64,000 nucleotides of DNA from Octopus vulgaris (lineage: Eukaryota): positions 15,934,001-15,998,000 of the forward strand of contig OX597834.1 of NCBI GenBank assembly GCA_951406725.2, in the 5' to 3' direction. The notes below the pieces were generated by a model. That model saw only the letters and a list, made by a program, of their open reading frames with translations, had not been told where the DNA came from and made no database searches. Position numbers and translations under genes: made by a program. This document shows positions 54,066 through 64,000 of this stretch, piece by piece (the first letter of the stretch is position 1; every line of letters starts with the position of its first letter).

Positions 54066-55317
54066 ATTTATGATGCATTTGGATGCTGCACTGGTACTCC
54101 GTCAGTCAAGAAAACAAGGGTTTCTGTTGATCTGATCAATGGAAGAACCTGCTTGTGAAAGGAATGTACATGAGGCTGAGCACTCCATAGATCCACAGGC
54201 ATGTGTACACTTAATGTAGTTCTCAGGGTGATTCAGCCAGACACAGAGTGTGACAAGGCTGGCAATTTGAAATACATGTACTGTGCATTTTTGCCAGCTG
54301 AGTGGACTAGAGCAACGTGGAATAAAATGTCTTGCTCAACGACACAATGCATTGTTGGGTATTGAACTCACAACCTCACAATCATGAGTTGGATACGCTA
54401 ACCACTAAGGTTCGTGCCTTCACATATGGATGCTGATATTTTTTTGGTTTATATGTGGAAACAGGTTCAAGAGGAAGGAAACTTCAGATGAAGAAGACAA
54501 AAAAAGACTCAAATAAGAGAGTGAGAGATGATCCCAGGAGGCTGAGCGTCACAAAGGATAGGAGACGAGGGAGCACAATAGGGGGTGGGACACAGAGCTG
54601 GGAAAGCAACATAAGGACCTTGTGTGTGTGTGTGTGGCATTAATATGCTACATGTAAAATGGTTTTAGAATGAGCATACCCTGTTATGGCATGGTGCAGT
54701 GAGGTATCTTAAAGGATGGGCGCCAGAAACAGCATCAGGTGGTAAAATACTGCCAGTGTCTCAGAAAACCCATCCAATTCATGCCAGTGCAGAAAAGCAG
54801 ACATAAATGAGGATGATGATGACGTTGCATAATTTACCATATTTACTTCTAAGTGAGACTTCCAATTTAGTGTTAAATCTTGGTAGCAAATTTTTTCTCG
54901 CCACAGTTTTTGCATTCCTTCATGTATATATGTAATAAGCCACAATCAATTTTCATCGTTAAAAATCAAGTGTAAAATAGTATGATATACACACCAGTAA
55001 ATACAGTGTATATAAAAACATACAAACACAGACATCTCTCTCTCTATATATATATACATATACATATATAAAAACATATGTATATATGTATATAAATATA
55101 CATATATATGTGTGTGTGTGCATGCATAAATATATATATATATAATATGTAATGCATGTTTGAAAATATATATATATATACTTATATATGTAAACGTTTG
55201 TATGTGTGTATATATATATGTGTATACATACATAAGTACATATATATAAACATGTGTGTGTATATATATATATACACACACACATATACATATGTATATG
55301 CAAACACATACATATAT

Positions 55318-55350
<33 letters not shown>

Positions 55351-55654
55351 CATGCACACCACGCCATACGCATACGGAGAAACAAAGACCACAAAAGACG
55401 TTTCTCCTATTTCCACTTGTTAATATTAAAAGAGAAAGAAAGGTTTAATTGAAACTTCAAAGCCAGAAGTATTTTTGTAAAGGGTGTGAAGGGGGTTGAC
55501 GGGGCTGTTGTAGAGTTGAGCATGGGAACTAAAACAGGAATGGCAAAGCATTGAAAGAAGAAAATGAGTTTGGAACAGATAGACTCTTCAATTTTACTCT
55601 TATCAAATATATACACATATATATACATATATATATATATATACATATATATAT

Positions 55655-55705
<51 letters not shown>

Positions 55706-55711
55706 TATACA

Positions 55712-55743
<32 letters not shown>

Positions 55744-55810
55744 CATATATACATATATACACATATACATACACACACATATACATACATATATATGCAC
55801 ACACATACGC

Positions 55811-55857
<47 letters not shown>

Positions 55858-56499
55858 TATATACATATATATATATGCACACACATATATACATATATAT
55901 ATGCACACACACACATACACATATATATACACACATATATATATATATATATATACATATATATACACATATCTATATACATATCTATATACATATATAT
56001 ACAAACATATATATATACATATATATACAAACATATATACATATATATACACACATATATATATACACACATATCCATATACATATATATATACACATAT
56101 ACATGCACACACATATATACATATATATACACACAGATACACACACACACACACACACATATATATACACACACATATACACACACACATACAAACATAC
56201 ACATATATATATACTCACACACGCAGACACACATATATATCTATAATTAAATAAATAAATAAATAAATTTGTTAATTGCCTTCCTTCAAATATTCTAAAT
56301 GAATTCCTTTTAATTTTATAAAACAAGGCAAGATTTTTGTTGTTGTTGTTGTTTCTGCTGATGTTTTCAAAAATTTGATTTAAAAATTAAAAATTTTTTT
56401 TCATTTATCTAATTTTTATTTATTTATTTTTTCTTAAGAAAATACATCAAGGGACCATAGATGTTTGGTACTATTACCATCTACTATGATTAGTGCAAT

Positions 56500-56516
56500 C
56501 ATCATCATCATCAACA

Positions 56517-56577
<61 letters not shown>

Positions 56578-56898
56578 CATTATTGTTATTATTATCAATA
56601 TTATATTTATTCTATCATCATTATCCTCATTATAATTATAATTATTATTATTTTTATTACATCACTCACCATTATCATAATAATCACCATAATTATAATA
56701 ATAATAACAATAATAATAATAATAATAATAATAATTATTATTATTATTATTATTAATTAGTACTATCATCATCTTCATAATTATTAATATTTTTATCATA
56801 TTCATTATCTTCATCATCATCATCATTTAGTGCTATCATTATCATTATTATTATTTAGTACTATCATCATTATATTATCATTATTATCATCATTATTA

Positions 56899-56938
<40 letters not shown>

Positions 56939-56970
56939 CATTATTATCATTATTATTATCATTATTATTA

Positions 56971-57006
<36 letters not shown>

Positions 57007-57142
57007 CATTATTATCATTATTATTATTATTATTATTATTGTATGTCCTTTAATGCTTTATTATTTAGTATTGTCATCATCATCATCATCATTATTATTA
57101 TTATTATTATCATTATTATTATCATTATTATTATCATTATTA

Positions 57143-57201
<59 letters not shown>

Positions 57202-57252
57202 GTATGTCCTTTAATGCTTTATTATTTAGTATTGTCATCATCATCATCATCA

Positions 57253-57286
<34 letters not shown>

Positions 57287-57302
57287 GATTATTATTATTA
57301 TT
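56500..57302. repeat. (ATT)n/(ATC)n tract
   Basis: Seen directly; includes a duplicated tgtatgtcctttaatgctttattatttagtattgtc segment. Confidence 0.9.
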
Positions 57303-57454
57303 ACGAATATAGAACATGGAGCAGACCATTCAGAATAATTAAAGAGACAGACAGTAACAAAAAAAAAGCCAGTACAGTTTCCTATAAATTTTGTTTTGGT
57401 GTGTTTAAAGAAATTTCCTCTGTTTCGGTATGTTTGGGATATTGCCTTAATGTA

Positions 57455-58310
57455 AGGTGGTGGTGGTGGTGGTGGTGGTGGTGGTGGTGGTGGTGGTAAT
57501 AGTTGAAGTAGTAGAGGTGGTAATAGTAATGGTGGTGGTGGTAGTGGTGGTATTAGTTGTGATGATAATGCTGGTAGTAATGGTGGTGCTGGTAACGGCA
57601 GTGATGCTGGTGGTGGTAGTAGTAGTAGTGGTGGTGGTGGTGGTGGTGGTAGAGGTAGTGGAGGTTGTAGTAATAGTTGAAGTAGTAGAGGTGGTAGTAG
57701 TAGCAGTAGTAATGGTGGTGGTGGTGGTGGTGGTGGTATTAGCAGTGATGATAATAATGCTGGTAGTAATGGTGGTACTGGTAACGGTGGTAATAGTCAA
57801 AGTAGTAGAGGTAGAGGTGGTGGTGGTAGTTGTAATAGTAGTAGTAATGGTGGTGGTTCTGGCGATGGTGGTGGTAGTAGTAGCAGTAGTTGTAGTAGTG
57901 GTGGTGGTGGTGGTGGTGGTGGTATTAATTGAAGTAGTAGAGGTGGTAGTAGTAGTAATTATGGTGGTGGTTCTGGCAGTGGTGGTAGTAGTAGCAGTAG
58001 TGGTGGTGGTGGTGGTGGTGGTGGTGGTATTAGCAGTGATAATAATGCTGGTAGTAATGGTCGTACTGGCAGTGGTGGTGGTAGTAGTAGTAGTAATGGT
58101 GGTGGTTCTGGCGATGGTGGTGGTAGTAGTAGCAGTAGTAGTAATGGTGTGGTGGTGGCAGTGGTGCTGGTGGTACTAGCAGTGATGGTAATGATGCTAG
58201 TAGTAATGGTAGTGGTGGTGCTGGCGGTGGTAGCGGTGCTGGTGACATTGGTGGTAATAGTAGTAGTACTAGTAGTAGCAGCAGCAGAAGTAGTTGTTGC
58301 TGTTGTTGCA
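57455..58310. repeat. Cryptic (GTG/GTA)n low-complexity tract with higher-order duplications
   Basis: Recurrent ttgaagtagtagaggtgg and ggtggttctggc anchors. Confidence 0.85.
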
Positions 58311-58521
58311 TGTACTCTATTAGCGAATGTACTTTTGCATAGAGAAGATAAAAAGGGGGAAAAAAAAATTTTAATGCATAACATTTAACGAAATGAAATA
58401 GAAATAAAATAAAATGAAATTAGATAAAATATGAATTTAAAGAACGAGAATTTAGCGTTGGCCGAAACAGCAACAGAAGAAGAAGAAGAAGAAGAAGAAA
58501 AAGAGAGAGAAAAGAAATTGA

Positions 58522-59370
58522 AGGCGCAGGAGCGGCTGTGTGGTAAGTAGCTTGCTTACCAACCACATGGTCCCGGGTTCAGTCCCACTGCGTGGCACCT
58601 TGGGCAAGTGTCTTCTACTATAGCCTCGAGCCGACCAAAGCCTTGTGAGTGGATTTGGTAGACGGACACTGAAAGAAGCTCATCGTATATAGGTATGTAT
58701 ATATATATGTCACTTAGTGGTTCGGCAAAAGAGACCGATAGAATAAGTACTGGGCTTACAAAGAATAAGTCCCGGGGTCGATTTGCTCAACTACAGGCGG
58801 TGCTCCAGCATGGCCACAGTCAAATGACTGAAACAAGTAAAAGATTGAAAAGAAAGATTTTATATATATATATAAACATAAGGGGGATCAGCCATCTGAA
58901 TGTGGCTGATCCCCCTTACGTTGTCGAGCAGTTACTGTTTATATCTCGTTCAGAGATTTATTATTGTTATATATATATATATATATATATACGGAGTGGT
59001 TGGCATTAGGAAGGGCATCCAGCCGTAGAAACACTGCCAGATCTGACTGGCCTGGTGCAGCCTTCGGGCTTCCCAGACCCCAGTTGAACCGTCCAACCCA
59101 TGCTAGCATGGAAAGCGGACGTTAAACGATGATGATGATGATGATATGTATGTGTGAGTGTATATGTCTGTGTGTCTGTGTTTGTCTCCCCAGCATCGCT
59201 TGACAACCGATGCTGGTTTGTTTACATCTCCGAAACTTCGCGGCTCGGCAAAAGAGACCGATAGAATAAGTACTAAGCTTTACAAAGAATAAGTCCTGGG
59301 GTCGATTTGCTCGACTAAAGGCGGTGCTCCAGCATGGCCGCAGTCACATGACTGAAACAAGTAAAGAATA
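58522..59370 (+). mobile_element. Cluster of SINE family A pieces with an intervening family C 3' end and a mini-hairpin element
   Basis: Family A at 58522-58842 and 59145-59370; family C at 58990-59145. Confidence 0.75.
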
Positions 59371-59529
59371 AGAAAAAAGAAGTATCACTTGTTGAGATAG
59401 AAAGAAGGACAACATCCATATTTGGAAGATTTCTTGTATTGGAATGGTTTGTAAGGAATACAATTTGGGAAAAGGAGAAAACTGTGGAATGAAGAAATAA
59501 GATGGAAAATGTTTGGCAACGGCAGAGGT

Positions 59530-59531
59530 AG

Positions 59532-59563
<32 letters not shown>

Positions 59564-60490
59564 TCATTATCATCAACATGTTTGTTATACTCAAATTTCA
59601 AGATTATCATCACCATCATCACCATCATCATCATTATTATTATGATCAGTGGCTGTGGTATTATTCACAACCATCACCACCATCATCATCATCAGGATTA
59701 GCAGCAGTAATTATCTTTCCCCCATCACCATCATTAGCATCATCATCATCATCATCAACATCATCAACATGAACATCATCACCATCATCATGATCATGTT
59801 TATTATACTCAAGACTATAGTCACTATCATCATCATCCTAATCATCATCATTTTTATCAGCAGCAGTGGTATCATTCACCACCACTGCCACCATCATCAC
59901 CATTGGCATCATCGTCATCATCATCATCATCAACATCATCATGACCAGCAGCAGCAGTAATGATCATTCCCACATCATCATCATCATCATCATCATCAAC
60001 ATAAGCTGCATAATCATCATCATCATCAGTATGAACAGCATGATTATCCAAGAGCAGCAGCAGCAGCAGCATAACCATTGTCATCATCATGAATAGTGTA
60101 ATCATCATCATCATCATGACATCATGACCAGAAGCTGCAGTATCATTCACCACCACCACCACCATTAGCATCATCTTAATCATGAACAGTATAACCATCA
60201 TCATCATCATCATCATCATCAATACTCTAAAAAAAATCCATCACCACCATCACCAGTAGTACCATTCCCCACCACAACCACCACTGCCATCATCATCACC
60301 GCCCAAATTATCATTATGCTCAACATCATTACATCCAACACCATAACCTTCCCTATTAGCATCACCTTAGTTATAAACAACATCATCATCATCATCATCA
60401 TCATAATAATCATCATCATCATCATACTCTCCAACATTAATGCCATCATCATCATCATCCGCAACATCAAAGCCATCATCATTAGCATTC
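59530..60490. repeat. Cryptic (CAT)n low-complexity tract
   Basis: Seen directly. Confidence 0.85.
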
Positions 60491-60809
60491 ATTTTGCTCC
60501 AAACACCTTTCTTTCTTTCTTTCTTTATATATTTATTTATTTATATATTTATATATTTATTTATTCATTAACTATTTCATCAATCATCAGGGAAACATCA
60601 AAATAGCAAACGAAACACTCGGCCATTTTTCTTTTCTATTTTCTTTGCAGTCACGTTTATTTTCTGAGTTCAATTTCCTCTCAAGTCGACTTAGCCCTGA
60701 GCCTTCCCAGGGAGAGGAAATGGGGGAACCGCCCCCCCCCCCCACCACTACCACCAACACCCACGCGACAAAAATCAATACTCGAAACATATCGACTGCA
60801 CTCATTCAC

Positions 60810-60842
60810 CGTAAATCTCAAGTCCGTGCGTCCCAGGCGTGA
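60810..60842 (-). CDS. Candidate 33-nt exon (phase 1-1): xTPGTHGLEIY
   Basis: Acceptor ctgttcttataactgcacag, donor G|gtgaat, frame-preserving and phase-compatible with 44686-44790. The acceptor abuts a SINE head, so it is uncertain. Confidence 0.35.
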
Positions 60843-61214
60843 CTGTGCAGTTATAAGAACAGGCACTGCTGCGTGGTAAGCAAGCTGGCTTTGTAAGCAC
60901 ATGGTATCGAGTTCCATCACACCGCATGACACCTTGGTCAAATGCCTTCTACTGCAGCTCTCGGCCGAATAATGCTTTACGAGTGAATTTGGCAATGGAA
61001 ACTGTGTGGAAGCCTGTCATGTGTATGCACATATATGTGTATACATATATATATATATCATCATCATCGTTCAACGTCTGTTCTCCATGCTAGCATGGGT
61101 TGGACGGTTCGACCAGGGATCTGGGAAGCCAGAAGGCTGTACCAGGCTCCAGTCTGATCTGGCAGTGTTTATACAGCTGGATGGCCTTCCTAACGCCAAC
61201 CACTCCGTGATACT

Positions 61215-61612
61215 ATCTCCCTCATTGTGAATAGAAGGAGACTCCGGCAGAAACCAAGGCTGCAATTTAAGGACTGTGTCAAGTCCTCATTAAAGGCCTT
61301 TGATATGCAGGACAGTGACTGGGAGAACAATGCCTGTCATCGCCACAGATGGAGGTAGCAGGTTAAGGAGGGGATCGACACTTTTGAGAGAGCACGTATC
61401 CAGCATGAAGAACTTAAGCGAGCTGCGTGAAAGCACACGGCTCGTATAGTGAATGGGGAAAGCTTGGTCTGCAATGTTTGCAGTTGTGTATGCTTGTCAA
61501 GAGCAGGGCTCATTAGCCACCAACGGAGCCGCAAATGCAAAATATAAGTTAGTCCTAGAGCGCACAATGTTCCCGAAGGTCGGCAATGGTCTTCCTCGGT
61601 CACGAGTGGACG

Positions 61613-61620
<8 letters not shown>
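61215..61620 (+). mobile_element. RTE-clade LINE 3' fragment with C-terminal CxxC zinc finger
   Basis: KPRLQFKDCVKSSLKAF...W...A..R.RWR...LVCNVC..VCLSRAGLISHQR, with internal stops. Confidence 0.75.
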
Positions 61621-61658
<38 letters not shown>

Positions 61659-62271
61659 TATCTCCCCCATTTCACATCCGCTTTCCCTGCTGGCATAGGT
61701 TGAACAGTTTGGCAAGAGCTGGCAAGTCGAGGGCCACACCAGGTTCTGTAGCCTGTTTTGCTCTCATTTCTACAGCCCAATGCCCTTCTTAAAACCAAGC
61801 ACTTTACAGAGTGTACTGGGTGCTTTTTATGTGGCCCAGCACCGGCCCTTTTTTTAAACAGCACACCAGCACCAGTATTTCACTAGTACTTAACTTATCA
61901 ACCCTGAAAGGATGAAAGGCAAAGTTAACCTTGGCAGAACTTGAACTCAGAAAAATAAGGATGGATGAAATGCTACAAAACATTTTGCCCAATGCACTAA
62001 CGATTCTGTCAGCTTGCCACCTTAATAATAATAATAATAATGATAATAATCATCATCATCAGTTAACGTCCGTTTTCCATGCTAGCATGGGTTGGACGGT
62101 TGACTGAGGGCTGGCAACCAGATGGCTGCACCAGGCTCCAGTCTTGATCTGGCAGAGTTTCTACAGCTGGATGCCCTTCCTAACGCCAACCACTCCAAGA
62201 CTGTAGTGGGGGTGCTTTTTACGTGCCACCTGCATGGGGGCTAGTCAGGCGGTACTAGCAATGACCTCGCT

Positions 62272-62315
<44 letters not shown>

Positions 62316-62958
62316 CCTTTCTACTACAAGCACAAATCATTATTATTTAATTTATATATATATACATCAGGCTTCTTTCAGTTTCTATCTACCAAATCCA
62401 GTCACGAGACTTTGGTCGACCTGAGGCTTTAGTAGAAGACACTTGCCCAAGGTGCCACACAGAAAGATTGAACCCAGAACCATATGGTTGGGAAGCAAGC
62501 TACTTACCACACAGCCGTGTGTGTGCCTATATATATATATATATATATCTGTATAATTCTTATTGTCAGAGGAGTGAGGTCAGTAGAGTATCAAAATCAA
62601 TAAAGTGATAGACAGAAGAAATGCCTTGCAGTATTTCGTTGCTTCTCTCTGTGTTGAGAGTTCAAATCGCACCAAGGTTGATTTTTGCCTTTTCTCTTTC
62701 CAGAATCTCGAGGTATATAAGTGACAGTGAAGCACTGGGGTAGATTTCAATGGCAGTACTTAAAATTAGTTGCATTGTGCAATAGTGAAAAACACTATTA
62801 TTATCATTATTATTATTATTATTATTATTACTATTATTATTGTTGTTGTTGTTGTTAAAAGTAGTAGAAGCTGCAGTGAGAAGTATATAGTGTGATAGTG
62901 AGAAAAGAGTCAGAAAATGCTGCAATGTTATATATATATATGTGTGTATATATATGTG

Positions 62959-63103
<145 letters not shown>

Positions 63104-63345
63104 CCTCTAACTTCTCTGAGTTGAGTCCTTCAAATATTCGTTGTTTTTGCCGTTAGAAAAAGTATTAAACATCAAAACTGCTTTCCACCTCTAAAAATCT
63201 TCACAGACTCTACATACATACATACATACATACACACATCTGAGTTCTGTCATTATGTAAATGTGTATATATATATATATGCTTGTTCATTGTGTATGCA
63301 TGTATATCTATTTGTATGTGTGTATACACACACACATATATGTAG

Positions 63346-63388
<43 letters not shown>

Positions 63389-63594
63389 CATACGTACACA
63401 CTAATATATGTGTATGAGTATATATATACATACACATATATATAAAACACTAGTATATACACATGCATGTGAATATATATATATATATATTATATATATA
63501 CACACACATATATATATACATATATATGTATATATATACATATATATATCATGTGTAAATATATATATATATAAATATATTATATGTATGTGTG

Positions 63595-63648
<54 letters not shown>

Positions 63649-64000
63649 CACATATATACGTAATGTATGTGTACGGATGTATGTGTGTGTATGAGCAAAT
63701 ATAGAATTGGAAAATAGAAATCAAAGGCTAAAAACTGCATCAAAAAGAAAATTTCTCCCTGCCCCCCACTCCCCCCATAAAAAATTTAGCAACTGGGGGA
63801 GGGAGGGGTAATACGGAGGGGATGATTTCAGAAGAAAGGGAGATGGAGAAGTGATGAGGAGCTGGGGTGGGGGGCAGGAGTAGATTTAAAACTGAAAAAT
63901 GTTCTTCCTCAACTGAATAACCTGTTCTTCTGTACAGTTTAGTTACAAGAACAAATTTATTGGAAACGCCAGCAGGTGAGAGGGGGGGAGGAAAAAGGAG

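Noticed and set aside
57447-58388. 240-aa poly-Val ORF and antisense poly-Thr mucin-like ORFs
   Set aside because: Cryptic trinucleotide repeat with no convincing splice context or non-repetitive domain.
63938-63975. Plus-strand AG...CAG|gtgaga mini-exon
   Set aside because: Isolated, opposite to the host gene, with no partner exons in the window.

Overview
AT-rich, microsatellite-dense eukaryotic DNA. The SINE, MITE and microsatellite content resembles Octopus (cephalopod) genomes; this is inferred from recognised repeat families, not from a search. Almost all ORFs in the supplied track are translations of (TA)n, (CA)n, (GAT)n and (ATT)n tracts. The window is mostly intronic sequence of one minus-strand gene. 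Four phase-compatible coding exons can be reconstructed (44686-44790, 27460-27642, 11488-11534, 6796-6864), giving ...LGHRRSGSYGNNIPIRNNYDSLFRSTSVNMLPYTDLINGQASGPTSTSRSNSPVKP...MYPFPVVDTTSYDNIGLNSNSYLMQLDRLEQQHQ|[23 protein letters not shown], plus candidate alternative C-terminal exons; the gene is not identified. The introns hold at least four SINE families, CR1, RTE and R4-like LINE remnants, piggyBac- and hAT-type MITEs and non-autonomous Helitrons. The most striking signal is a set of short, mostly (TA)n-embedded, often fold-back elements carrying type I hammerhead ribozyme motifs with palindromic stem III. Two have canonical cores and two show compensatory changes at the 3-8 core pair (G3-C8, U3-A8). 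A tandemly amplified Penelope-like RT fragment is also present.
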